The position numbers and the translations under genes were made by a program. DNA of 64,000 bases from an uncultured Verrucomicrobiae bacterium (GTDB taxonomy: Bacteria; Verrucomicrobiota; Verrucomicrobiia; Limisphaerales; UBA1100): the NCBI GenBank assembly GCA_937775205.1, contig CALKBX010000001.1, positions 194,631-258,630 of the forward strand. The letters run 5' to 3'. Positions 30,449 through 39,597 of this stretch are shown here, one piece after another. Position 1 is the first letter of the stretch; each line of letters opens with the position of its first letter. The notes below the pieces were generated by a model. The model had not been told where the DNA came from. It was given only the letters and a program-made list of their open reading frames with translations, and did not search any database.

Positions 30449-32249
30449 TCGGCTTTTTTGGCCACTTTTAAATCAATATGTAAATCACGCAATTGCTTTG
30501 CCTCCACCGCCGCCGGACTGTCGGTCATCAAACACGAGCCCTTGGTGGTTTTGGGAAATGCAATTACATCGCGAATGCTATCCGCGCCGCACAGCAGCGC
30601 GATCAACCGGTCAAAGCCCAGCGCGATGCCGCCGTGCGGGGGGCATCCATATTTGAATGCCTCCAGCATATACCCGAAGCGCGCCTGCGTGACTTCCGGC
30701 GATAGCTTCAGCAAATCTTCAAAAATAGTTTTCTGCAACTCCGGCTGATGAATCCGAATGGAGCCGCCGCCCAATTCTACGCCGTTCACCACCACATCAT
30801 AATGCTGGCCGCGCACGCTTTTGGGATCGGTCTCCAGCTTGTCCGCATCTTCCTCCACCGGCGAAGTAAAAGGATGGTGACTCGAAAACCAACGGTTCAT
30901 TTCGCGGTCGAAGGCCAACAGCGGGAACTCGATGACCCACAGGAAATTAAATTGGTCTGCCGGAATCTCTAATTTGCCCAACTCCACGAGTTTACCCGCG
31001 GTGTACTGGCGAATGCGTCCCAGGATTTCACAAGCGTTGAGCCATTCGTCAGCGGCAAATAAAATAAGGTCGCCTTCTTCGATGTTGAGTTTTTCGATTA
31101 ACGCGGCCTTCTCGGTATCACTGAAAAATTTCACAATGGGCGATTTCCATTCACCGTTTTCCACCTTGATGAACGCGAGCCCTTTGGCACCCAGTCCCTT
31201 GGCAATATTGGTCATCGTTTCCATTTGGCCCTGCGTCACACAGGCAAAGCCTTTAGCGTTGATGGCCTTCACCACGCCGCCCCGCTCCACCGCGCCGCTG
31301 AACACTTTGAACCCGCTCGCGGCAAAGTCCTCCGTCAAATCGCCAATCTCCATCGCGTATCGCGTGTCCGGCTTGTCGCTGCCGTAGCGATCCATTACCT
31401 CACGATACGGAATGCGCGGGAAAGGCGTGGGTACGTCATAATCGAGCGCGGTTTTCCAAATGGTTTTCAACAAACCCTCGATGAGCGCGTAAATATCCTC
31501 CCGATCGATGAAGGACATTTCGACATCAATCTGCGTAAATTCCGGCTGCCGATCCGCGCGTAAATCTTCATCACGAAAACACCGAGCGAGTTGGAAATAT
31601 TTGTCTACCCCTGCGCACATCAAAATTTGTTTGAACTGTTGCGGCGATTGCGGCAGCGCATAAAATTCGCCGGGCGAGATGCGACTGGGCACGAGAAATT
31701 CGCGCGCGCCCTCGGGCGTGGACTTGAACAGCGTGGGCGTCTCCACTTCCAAAAAACCCTGCTCATCCATGAACACCCGTGTGGCGGTGGCCACCTTGCT
31801 GCGTAGCCGAAGGATTGCGGGCCATCTCCGGCCGGCGCAGAGTCGAGGTAGCGATATTGCAGGCGCAACTCCTCATTCACCTTCGCCGCCGCCTCGGGGT
31901 CATCGATTTGAAAAGGCAAAACCGCCGCGGCGTTGTGCACCTCCATCGCCGCCGCCACAATCTCGATTTGGCCGGTGGGGATTTTAGCGTTTTCTGTATC
32001 ATCGGGCCGTTGGCGCACTTTGCCGGACACGCTGATAACGCTTTCGCTGTGAAGTTTGGCCGCCGATTCCACCAGTGCGGCGTTGGTTTCCTGTGGGTCA
32101 AAGACCAATTGAGTGCGGCCTTCGCGGTCGCGCACGTCGATAAAAATCACCCCGCCCAAGTCGCGGCACGAGTGAACCCAACCTGAAAGTGTGGCCTCTT
32201 GATCGGCATTTTCCAGCCGTAATTCGTTGCAATGATGCGTTCGTTTCAT
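30445..32249 (-). pseudogene. aspS: Aspartate--tRNA ligase (aspS) with the reading frame interrupted by two +1 shifts near 31841 and 31815 (pseudogene or local sequence error)
   Basis: The N-terminal ORF (31620..32261) gives MKRTHHCNELR...RLQYRYLD and then nonsense. The next 9 codons, LRRPEMARN, read in the +1 frame. ILRLRSKVATATRVFMDEQGFLEVETPTL... through the C-terminus reads in the third frame (ORF 30445..31794). All three pieces are colinear with bacterial AspRS (YRYLDLRRPEM motif; class II motifs FRDEDLRADRQPEF and GGIALGFDR). Confidence 0.85.
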
Positions 32250-32364
32250 GAATTCCCCCAACGCCCTTAAGCGAAATGGAGGCGGATAATGCCCGAAAAT
32301 CGCAGAAAATCAAACAAATTTCCCAGAAACAAGTTTGTGAAAGGGGTGAAACAAATCACCTCTA

Positions 32365-33519
32365 CTATTTCGATTCATTCCAAAGAATCCGCAGGTTGTG
32401 CGTCTGTCGACAGGCAACGATGATTTCGGGCTTGCCGTCGCCATTCAAGTCGCCGGCTTTGATGTCTTCCACGGCGGTTTCTTTGCCGCTGAGTTGGTAG
32501 GTTTTCCATTTACTATAAGTTCCATTCTGGGGGACGTACAATTTTAAGCCCGGCACACCGCGCGTGGTCATGCCGCGCCAACCGGCCACCACTTGATCCC
32601 CTCCCGTGCCGAGAAAATCGCCCGTCGCCAGCGCGTGACCGTCCTTCAAACTTTCATCCAGCACACGGCGTTGCCAGCTAAGGCTCGTGGTGGAAAGGTA
32701 AACCACCACCGTGCTGCCATGCTTGGGCTCAATGGTGGTGATGAAACGTCGGCCAGTCGGCGTGCGACCATCCCGCACTTCACCGGCATAGTTTGAAGTG
32801 AAACGCATGTGCTTCCACTTGTCATTGCGATCGCGACCAAACCAATACACGCCTTCGAGGCCGGCTTGCAGGAATTCTTCGCGGCCATCGCGATCCCAAT
32901 TGATGGGATGAAAATTATGACTATCGTGCATGAAATTGGAAACCAACGTGCGCTTCCATTCATCGGCGAGATTTTTGGGCATCCGATAGGCGTAGACGTT
33001 GATGCCCTTCCCTTTGCCGCCCGCATTGCCGCGACCATGCAACGGCTTCACAATCAAATCAAATTTACCCTTACCCGATTTAATCCAGTGCATGCGATGC
33101 GTGCTGGGCTCATGCGGCAAACGGATTGGCTTCCAGTTCCCCTCGCGGTTGGCGGTGGGATTGAGATAGAAGATGGAACCAGACGTTTTTTCATTGGTCG
33201 TCTCACGGATGTTCCATTGAGCGCCCACGGCAATCTCCGCTTTGCCGTCACCGTCAAGATCGCGGGCAGCCACGCACACATGATCACGCTGGGTGAGGTG
33301 ACCACTCACTTGATGCTTTATCCACGTTGGATTTTCATACCACACCACCTTGTCTTTGTCGCACAGGATGATGTCGATTTTTTTGTCACCGTTCATATCG
33401 GCCAACTGCAGGCCATAACCGACTCCAACTTTATCATCTATTTCCTGATGACGAAACTTGGGTTCCACCGCCAGCCCCATTGAGGCCAACGCAAATAAAA
33501 CGCAAATGGATTTGTTCAT
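32365..33519 (-). CDS. Secreted FG-GAP/VCBS repeat beta-propeller protein
   Basis: It has a signal peptide MNKSICVLFALASMGLA. Repeated Ca-binding FG-GAP motifs are DMNGDKKIDIIL, DLDGDGKAEIAVG and DLNGDGKPEIIVA. Confidence 0.7.
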   Translation of the reverse strand: MNKSICVLFALASMGLAVEPKFRHQEIDDKVGVGYGLQLADMNGDKKIDIILCDKDKVVWYENPTWIKHQVSGHLTQRDHVCVAARDLDGDGKAEIAVGAQWNIRETTNEKTSGSIFYLNPTANREGNWKPIRLPHEPSTHRMHWIKSGKGKFDLIVKPLHGRGNAGGKGKGINVYAYRMPKNLADEWKRTLVSNFMHDSHNFHPINWDRDGREEFLQAGLEGVYWFGRDRNDKWKHMRFTSNYAGEVRDGRTPTGRRFITTIEPKHGSTVVVYLSTTSLSWQRRVLDESLKDGHALATGDFLGTGGDQVVAGWRGMTTRGVPGLKLYVPQNGTYSKWKTYQLSGKETAVEDIKAGDLNGDGKPEIIVACRQTHNLRILWNESK

Positions 33520-33522
33520 AAA

Positions 33523-33771
33523 TTAATTCACCGGACGTAATCCGTGTCTTTTACGCACCATATTATAGCCGTACCGATCAAGTGTTCCGTCCTGATAGCG
33601 GTACTGTGCATCCTCCAATTCCCATCGAGCCCGCTTCTCGCTCCAGCTCAACTCGGACTTCGCATCCGATTCATCCCGAAAAGCATAATCCACTGCTTGG
33701 CACCCACCGAATACCCACAACACCGCGCCCAAAAGTAAAATGTGTTTCACGTGCAAAGTGTCACGTTGCAA
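33523..33771 (-). CDS. Small putative lipoprotein
   Basis: 82-aa ORF. HILLLGAVLWVFGGCQ looks like a signal peptide with a lipobox Cys. The stop lies 4 nt from the start of the FG-GAP gene. The exact start is uncertain. Confidence 0.45.
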   Translation of the reverse strand: MQRDTLHVKHILLLGAVLWVFGGCQAVDYAFRDESDAKSELSWSEKRARWELEDAQYRYQDGTLDRYGYNMVRKRHGLRPVN

Positions 33772-33796
33772 CGCGAGGGCGACAAGTTTTTTCCAA

Positions 33797-33826
33797 AGAA
33801 AAAACCGTCCGGCGAACCGGGCGGTT
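33797..33826 (-). terminator. Rho-independent terminator belonging to the ppdK relic
   Basis: AACCGTCCGG (33803-33812) pairs with CCGGGCGGTT (33817-33826), including one G-U pair, around loop CGAA. TTTTTTCTTT follows on the minus strand. It lies 22 nt after the relic stop codon (33848-33850). Confidence 0.7.
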
Positions 33827-33847
33827 GTTAAATTTATTTTCGTTTAC

Positions 33848-34120
33848 TTACGCCAGCGCGGCTTGTGCGGCCGCAAGTCTTGCGGTCGGAACCCGGAAGG
33901 GCGAGCAGCTCATGTAGTTCAGGCCGAGGGTAGCGCAGTATTTTACTGCTGCTGGGTTAGCCGCCGTGTTCACCGCAGATGCCAAGCTTGATTTTGGGCG
34001 GACTCTGACGGGCACAGCAACCGAAAAGTGTGCCCTGATCTAACAGATCCGTTCCCTTTTGCCCAGAAACCTGAATCAACCAAGTCTGAGGAATCCTCAC
34101 TAGAGCACCCTTCAAATCCA
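33848..34120 (-). pseudogene. Decayed 3'-terminal relic (about the last 90 codons) of a second, divergent pyruvate phosphate dikinase gene
   Basis: Minus-strand hand translation was read in three frames. These give GFEGCSSEDSSDLV (compare [10 protein letters not shown] of the intact PPDK), then GTDLLDQG...[12 protein letters not shown] followed by a stop, then in the +1 frame [37 protein letters not shown] and a stop. The last piece is colinear with intact [51 protein letters not shown]. There are at least 2 frameshifts. The upstream boundary is approximate. Confidence 0.8.
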
Positions 34121-34145
34121 ATAAAAGAGAGAGAACGCTATACTT

Positions 34146-34181
34146 CAAAAAAGCCCCGCTCGCTTTTACGAACGGGGCTTT
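34146..34181 (-). terminator. Rho-independent terminator of the intact ppdK
   Basis: AAGCCCCG (34151-34158) pairs with CGGGGCTT (34173-34180) around a 14-nt loop. A T-run follows on the minus strand (A-run at 34147-34152 on plus). It lies 24 nt after the ppdK stop. Confidence 0.75.
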
Positions 34182-34204
34182 GAAGTTTTTTGTATCGTCA
34201 GCGT

Positions 34205-36946
34205 CTAGCTCACTTCACCGCGAGCCATTCCCTTTTCCTCGAGGGCGGCTTGCGCGAGGGCAAGACGGGCGATGGGGATACGGAATGGTGAACAGGACAC
34301 GTAGTTGAGTCCGGTGCGGTGGAAGAACTTCACGGAATCAGGATCTCCGCCGTGCTCGCCGCAGATACCGATCTTGAGTTTCTTCTTAGTCTTACGACCA
34401 CCTTTGACACCCATTTCAACAAGCTTGCCCACGCCTTCCTGGTCGAGACCAGCGAATGGGTTGTTGTTGAGAACTTCCGCATCCTTGTAGGTTGGGAGGA
34501 AACTGGAGGAGTCATCACGGGAAAGACCAAGTCCGGTCTGCGTGAGATCGTTGGTTCCGAAGGAGAAGAACTCAGCGTGCTTGGCCACTTCGTCAGCGGT
34601 GATGGCAGCGCGAGGAATCTCAATCATGGTTCCAACGGTGTACTTCAGCTCGCTTTTCTTAAGACCAAGCTTCTTGCGAACTTCAGCAGCGGTGGTGTCG
34701 ATGACGTTCTTCTGAAGTTCAAGCTCACGTGCATAGGCAACGAGTGGGACCATAATCTCAGGGAGAACCTTAGTGCCCTTCTTCTGCACCTCGTGAGCTG
34801 CCTCGAGGATAGCCTCAACCTGCATTGCAGTGATAGCAGGGTAGCTGATGCCGAGACGGCAACCACGGTGACCAAGCATTGGATTCTCCTCGTGAAGAGC
34901 GTGGATACGCTTGGTGATCGCAGGAGCGCTCATGCCGATCTTCTTGGAGAGATCCTTCTTCTGAGCGGCATCCATGGTGCCGATGAATTCGTGAAGAGGT
35001 GGATCCAGAAGACGAATGGTGGCTGGGCGACCTTCGAGTGACTTGAAGATGCCGATGAAGTCTTTCTTCATGAAGACCTTGATCTTCTTGAGTGCCTTGG
35101 CGCGGCCGGCGTCGTCATCAGCGAGGATCATCTCACGAACAGCATCGATGCGGTTGCCCTCAAAGAACATGTGCTCGGCGCGGGTCAGGCCAATGCCTTC
35201 AGCGCCAAACTTGATGGCCTGCTGCACCTGCTCTGGAGTGTCCGAGTTGGTGCGGATACCAAGCTTACGCAGCTTGTCGGTCCAGCTCATGAGCTCCATG
35301 AACTTCTTGTAGGTGTCAGAACGCTTGGCAGCAGCCTTGTTCTCGATGAGGCCCTGGATGACCTGGGAAGGAGAAGACTTGATGTTGCCCTTGTAAACGT
35401 TTCCAACGAATCCGTTCAGGGAAAGCTCATCGCCCTCCTTCAGAGTAACGCCGTTTCCGGAGAGTGTCTTCTTGGAGTAGTCGATAGTCATGCCGTGGGC
35501 ACCGCAAACACAGACCTTCCCCATCTGGCGGGCAACAAGAGCAGCATGTGAGGAAGCACCACCCTCGGTGGTGAGGATTCCGTCGGCGGCGATCATTCCA
35601 CGAAGATCTTCCGGAGAAGTGGCTTGGCGGACAAGAATCACTTTCTGACCTTTGGCTGCTGCTTTCACCGAGTCTTCAGCGGAGAAATAGATCTTTCCGG
35701 AAGCCGCACCAGGACCAGCGGGAAGGCCATTGCCAACTTTCTTGGCAGCCTTCTCAGCCTTGGCGTCGAAGATTGGGGCGAGGAGGTGCCCGAGGTCATC
35801 AGCGGGAATGCGGAGGATAGCCTCTTCCTTCTTGATGAGGCGCTCCTTGACCATATCAAGAGCGATATTGACGGCAGCAAAACCAGTGCGCTTTCCGTTA
35901 CGGGTCTGCAGCATCCACAGTTTTCCTTCCTCGATGGTAAACTCAACGTCCTGCACATCACGGAAGTGCTTCTCAAGCTTCTTACGAATCACGAGAAGCT
36001 CTTTATGAGACTTGGGAAGGTCTTTGGCCATCTTGGCGATGGGCTTCGGTGTGCGGACACCGGCAACGACGTCCTCGCCCTGTGCATCAATGAGATATTC
36101 ACCGTAAAAAACATTTTCGCCAGTGGCTGGGTCACGAGTGAAAGCAACGCCGGTTCCGGAACTCTTACCGGTGTTACCAAAGACCATAGCCTGAACATTG
36201 ACAGCAGTTCCCCAAGCGGCGGAAATTCCATACTTCTGGCGATAAACGATCGCGCGGTCGTTTTGCCAGGAGTTGAAGACGGCATTCACGGCTCCCTTGA
36301 GCTGCTCGCGCGGATCTTCGGGGAAGTTCTTGCCTGAGCGTTTCTTAATAAGCGCTTTGAAAGCAGCGACCACTTCGCGGAGATCCTTTTCCTTGAGACC
36401 AGAATCGTCTTTCACCTTGGCCTTAGCCTTAGCTTTATCAAGAATGACCTCGTAAGGATCGTGGTGCTCGCCGGCTTCGGCTTCCACTTCCATTACAACG
36501 CTTCCATACATCTGGAGGAAACGACGGTAGGAGTCCCAGGCGAACTTTGCATTGCCGGTCTTCTTGGCAAGGGCTTCGACGACTTCGTCGTTAATACCGA
36601 GATTAAGGATGGTGTCCATCATGCCGGGCATCGACTCACGAGCACCGGAGCGAACGGAAAGAAGAAGGGGATTCTCGAGGTCACCAAACTTCTTGCCCAT
36701 GGCCTTTTCGACCTTGGTAATATTTGCCTCGATCTCGACATCGAGAGTCTTAGGATATTTCTTACCGTTGCCGTAATAATAGGTGCAAACTTCGGTCGTA
36801 ATGGTGAAACCAGCGGGAACGGGAAGTCCAATGCTGCTCATTTCGGCGAGATTGGCACCTTTGCCGCCTAACAGCGCCTTCATGGTTCCGTTGCCGTCGG
36901 TTTTGCTTTTACCAAAGTGGTAAACGTACTTTTTTGCTTTAGCCAT
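34205..36946 (-). CDS. ppdK: Pyruvate, phosphate dikinase
   Basis: 913 aa. The N-terminus is KKYVYHFG...[10 protein letters not shown]. The phosphohistidine region is [16 protein letters not shown]. The PEP-utiliser C-terminus is [11 protein letters not shown] and [10 protein letters not shown]. Confidence 0.95.
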   Translation of the reverse strand: MAKAKKYVYHFGKSKTDGNGTMKALLGGKGANLAEMSSIGLPVPAGFTITTEVCTYYYGNGKKYPKTLDVEIEANITKVEKAMGKKFGDLENPLLLSVRSGARESMPGMMDTILNLGINDEVVEALAKKTGNAKFAWDSYRRFLQMYGSVVMEVEAEAGEHHDPYEVILDKAKAKAKVKDDSGLKEKDLREVVAAFKALIKKRSGKNFPEDPREQLKGAVNAVFNSWQNDRAIVYRQKYGISAAWGTAVNVQAMVFGNTGKSSGTGVAFTRDPATGENVFYGEYLIDAQGEDVVAGVRTPKPIAKMAKDLPKSHKELLVIRKKLEKHFRDVQDVEFTIEEGKLWMLQTRNGKRTGFAAVNIALDMVKERLIKKEEAILRIPADDLGHLLAPIFDAKAEKAAKKVGNGLPAGPGAASGKIYFSAEDSVKAAAKGQKVILVRQATSPEDLRGMIAADGILTTEGGASSHAALVARQMGKVCVCGAHGMTIDYSKKTLSGNGVTLKEGDELSLNGFVGNVYKGNIKSSPSQVIQGLIENKAAAKRSDTYKKFMELMSWTDKLRKLGIRTNSDTPEQVQQAIKFGAEGIGLTRAEHMFFEGNRIDAVREMILADDDAGRAKALKKIKVFMKKDFIGIFKSLEGRPATIRLLDPPLHEFIGTMDAAQKKDLSKKIGMSAPAITKRIHALHEENPMLGHRGCRLGISYPAITAMQVEAILEAAHEVQKKGTKVLPEIMVPLVAYARELELQKNVIDTTAAEVRKKLGLKKSELKYTVGTMIEIPRAAITADEVAKHAEFFSFGTNDLTQTGLGLSRDDSSSFLPTYKDAEVLNNNPFAGLDQEGVGKLVEMGVKGGRKTKKKLKIGICGEHGGDPDSVKFFHRTGLNYVSCSPFRIPIARLALAQAALEEKGMARGEVS

Positions 36947-37051
36947 AAAATCTTTTTGTGAAATTCAGCCGGAAAACCGGAGCGCGGAAGTTAGGGGCGA
37001 GCGGGTGTTATGTCAACGCACAATTCAGCAAAAAACCGTAAAAAACAGCCA

Positions 37052-38182
37052 TTAAGCCTTCATTGATTCCACTTCGATGCCGTGTTGCCCGCACCATTTC
37101 TTGTAAGCGAAAGGCGAGATTTCTGAAGGTTTGATTTCGCTACGGCCGCCCCAGAAGACGTTGGTGTAGCTGATCTCGATGCCGGCCTCGGCGAGGTGTT
37201 GGTCGATGGCGGCTTTGTGGGCGAGCACTTTGTCTTTGTCCGTGCCGTGGGCGACGCCCATTACGTTGACGTTGCGAAACTCCGGCCCGCCTTCGCGCCA
37301 ATAGGCGTGGGTCATTATGTAATGCCGACCCACCTCGCGACCGGCGTCCAACTCGCGCCCCACCGGAACGGCCCAGTGGAAAAGCGCGTTGTAGCGTGTG
37401 ACTTGTTCGCCGGTTGAAAGCTTTTTGACGTGCTCCAAAAATGTTGAGAAACGGCCCACCACGCGGCGTTCGTTTAAATCTTCCGCGACCTTGTAAAATT
37501 CCTCCAAGGACACTCCCGCTTCCGCCGCGCGAGCATTCCACAAATCCTCCACTAATTCTTCCGGCCCAAATTCGCGCTTCACCGTCTCCATAATACGCCA
37601 TTCATGGTCGGTCAAATCCACCACCGCAACATCGTTCACCCTGCCCGGTTCCTCCGAGCGTGCGCCCGACTCCATACCCTTGCGCCGCACGTGGCCCACG
37701 CCGAGCGCGAAAATTTTCTTGGCCGGCATAATGCGAAACGACTTCGCGCCCACCTTCGCCTTGAGCACTTCACAATGTTTCTCCAACGAAAACCCCTGCG
37801 GCACCTTCAGCGTGGTCCACAGTTTGTAATTGGAACCCGCCGTGACCGCGTCCGTGGAACGCGTCACCACGTGGCCAGAAAAGGGATCGTCTTGAAACAT
37901 ATAATCAAACGCTGAATCAAGTTTGTCCTGCTCCACTTCCCACGCTATCAGCGCGCCCTTAGCGAGATTAGTCGCCAACAATGTCTGCCGAATGCGCCGA
38001 ATGACGCCCGCCTCCAACATCGCCCGCACGCGCGCCAGCACCATCGATTGAGCCAAGCCCGTGCGCTCCGCCACCACGCCAAAAGGATCGCGCTGAAAGC
38101 CCTGCAACTGATCCTCGCTCACCGCAAGAATCTTAGCATTCACTTCATCAGCAATTTCAACTGGAATAACAACAGAACTCAT
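37052..38182 (-). CDS. Fused tandem Lrp/AsnC-type protein resembling siroheme decarboxylase (AhbA-AhbB / NirDL-like)
   Basis: 376 aa with two homologous halves. Half 1 is RDPFGVVAERTGLAQSMVLARVRAMLEAGVIRRIRQTL...SGHVVTRS...YKLWTTLKVP. Half 2 is LWNARAAEAGVSLEEFYKVAEDLNERRVVGRFSTFL...THAYWRE...VNVMGVAHG. The pattern (wHTH, IRRI, H-x-Y/V-x-R, NLW-type strand) recalls siroheme decarboxylase subunits. This call is from memory only. Confidence 0.55.
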   Translation of the reverse strand: MSSVVIPVEIADEVNAKILAVSEDQLQGFQRDPFGVVAERTGLAQSMVLARVRAMLEAGVIRRIRQTLLATNLAKGALIAWEVEQDKLDSAFDYMFQDDPFSGHVVTRSTDAVTAGSNYKLWTTLKVPQGFSLEKHCEVLKAKVGAKSFRIMPAKKIFALGVGHVRRKGMESGARSEEPGRVNDVAVVDLTDHEWRIMETVKREFGPEELVEDLWNARAAEAGVSLEEFYKVAEDLNERRVVGRFSTFLEHVKKLSTGEQVTRYNALFHWAVPVGRELDAGREVGRHYIMTHAYWREGGPEFRNVNVMGVAHGTDKDKVLAHKAAIDQHLAEAGIEISYTNVFWGGRSEIKPSEISPFAYKKWCGQHGIEVESMKA

Positions 38183-38290
38183 CGGCGGATTCTTGACAGC
38201 AAACGCGGACGCTGGCCAACAGATTTTTTCAAACGCAACATTCTATCAATTACCACACGCGACTAATGTACTCTGGACCACCGAACCGGG

Positions 38291-39436
38291 CTACAAAAAT
38301 TCCGCAGCCGCTGCATCGGCGAATCGCAATCCTTTTGGCGTGAGGCTAAACCGGTCTGACTCCAGCACGGCGTTTCCCTGTTCCACCAAAGTTTGCATCG
38401 GTTCTGCCCATTCGTTGCGCAGGTCGTAGCCGGTGGATTTTTGAAATTCGGCGAAGGGCCAGCCGGCGTTCATTCGGAGGCCGAAGGCGGCTGTCTCGCC
38501 GGCGCGTTGGAGGGGGGGGAGTTGCTCGGTGTGATCGATGGCGCGTTCGTTGCGTTCGAGGTGTTCGGAGTAGCGTTGGGTGTTGGCGATGTTGGTGGTG
38601 CGAATGCCGCCGACGTAACCAGTGGCGCTGGGGCCGAGGCCGTGGTAATCGCCGCCGCGCCAGTAGTTGATATTATGCCGACAGGCCTCATTGGGGATTT
38701 CGAAATCTTCCGCGCCGGAGTGTTTTGCGAAATTGGCGACTTCGTATTGATGAAAGCCACGCTCGCCCGAAAAGGCCACAAGCTCCTCAAACATATCGCA
38801 CGCCAAATCTTCGTGCACCTCAAACTCACCCGCTTGCAGTTGCTCGTACAGCGGGGTGTCCTGTTCGTAAATGACCTCGTAGCAGGAAAGATGTTCCGGC
38901 TCCAAGTCGGCCGTTTCGCGCAGGGAGGCCTTCCAAATTTCCATCGTCTGCGAGGGAATGGCGAACATCAAATCAAGATTGATGCGCTCGAAGCCCGCCG
39001 CGCGGAGGCAGTCGTACGACTTGAAAACCATCTCGCGCGAATGCACGCGGCCGAGGCGCTCCAGCAAATTGGCGTCGAGCGATTGCACGCCCATCGAGAT
39101 GCGGTTCACACCCGCAGCACGCAGTAGCTTGGCTTTGTCCAGCGAGAGCGTGGCGGGATTGCATTCCACCGTCCACTCGTCCGCGCCCGTGAGGCCGAGG
39201 CGATCCATCGCGGTGAGCACGGTTTCCCATTGGCGCAGATTCAAAATGGACGGCGTGCCGCCGCCGAAGAAAATTGTACGCGGCTGCAAATCGTCCGCCA
39301 CAATTTCCAGTTCCCGCACTAACGCGGCCACGTAGCGGTTCACCGTCGCCCCATCGGGAGCGTGCGAGAAGAACGCGCAATAGCTGCACTTGCTCGCGCA
39401 AAACGGGACGTGACAATATAGGGACTCAACAGGCAC
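38291..39436 (-). CDS. hemW: Radical SAM heme chaperone HemW / oxygen-independent coproporphyrinogen oxidase-like protein
   Basis: 381 aa with a GTG start. The radical SAM cluster motif is LYCHVPFCASKCSYCAF. GGGTPS is present, and the HemN_C-like C-terminus is RFSLTPKGLRFADAAAAEF. Confidence 0.85.
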   Translation of the reverse strand: MPVESLYCHVPFCASKCSYCAFFSHAPDGATVNRYVAALVRELEIVADDLQPRTIFFGGGTPSILNLRQWETVLTAMDRLGLTGADEWTVECNPATLSLDKAKLLRAAGVNRISMGVQSLDANLLERLGRVHSREMVFKSYDCLRAAGFERINLDLMFAIPSQTMEIWKASLRETADLEPEHLSCYEVIYEQDTPLYEQLQAGEFEVHEDLACDMFEELVAFSGERGFHQYEVANFAKHSGAEDFEIPNEACRHNINYWRGGDYHGLGPSATGYVGGIRTTNIANTQRYSEHLERNERAIDHTEQLPPLQRAGETAAFGLRMNAGWPFAEFQKSTGYDLRNEWAEPMQTLVEQGNAVLESDRFSLTPKGLRFADAAAAEFL

Positions 39437-39479
39437 GGCGCAGGGTAGTCGCTGCTCGTTGTGGCGGCAAATTCAATTC

Positions 39480-39547
39480 ACCACAGAGGCACAGAGAACA
39501 CAGAGACTGGAAATTGAAAAACTCTGTGTTCTCTGTGCCTCTGTGGT
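39480..39547. repeat. Perfect 26-bp inverted repeat (hairpin/REP-like element) in the hemW-uvrB divergent intergenic region
   Basis: The left arm ACCACAGAGGCACAGAGAACACAGAG (39480-39505) is the exact reverse complement of the right arm CTCTGTGTTCTCTGTGCCTCTGTGGT (39522-39547), with a 16-nt A-rich loop. Two spurious ORFs on opposite strands (39274..39549 and 39478..39783) both end in FSVPLW because of the symmetry. Confidence 0.9.
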
Positions 39548-39597
39548 AAAAACTCCGACCGATTGACACACTCCCGCCCGCACCCGTACCGTGCGGC

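Noticed and set aside
39480-39547. Possible LexA/SOS box in the hairpin upstream of uvrB. The arms contain GAACA and TGTTC, the half-sites I recall for the Verrucomicrobia LexA motif TGTTC-N4-GAACA.
   Set aside because: The half-sites are in the wrong order and about 25 nt apart, not TGTTC-N4-GAACA. The TGTTCGAATTGCAC at the uvrB start has a non-matching second half. No credible SOS box is seen.
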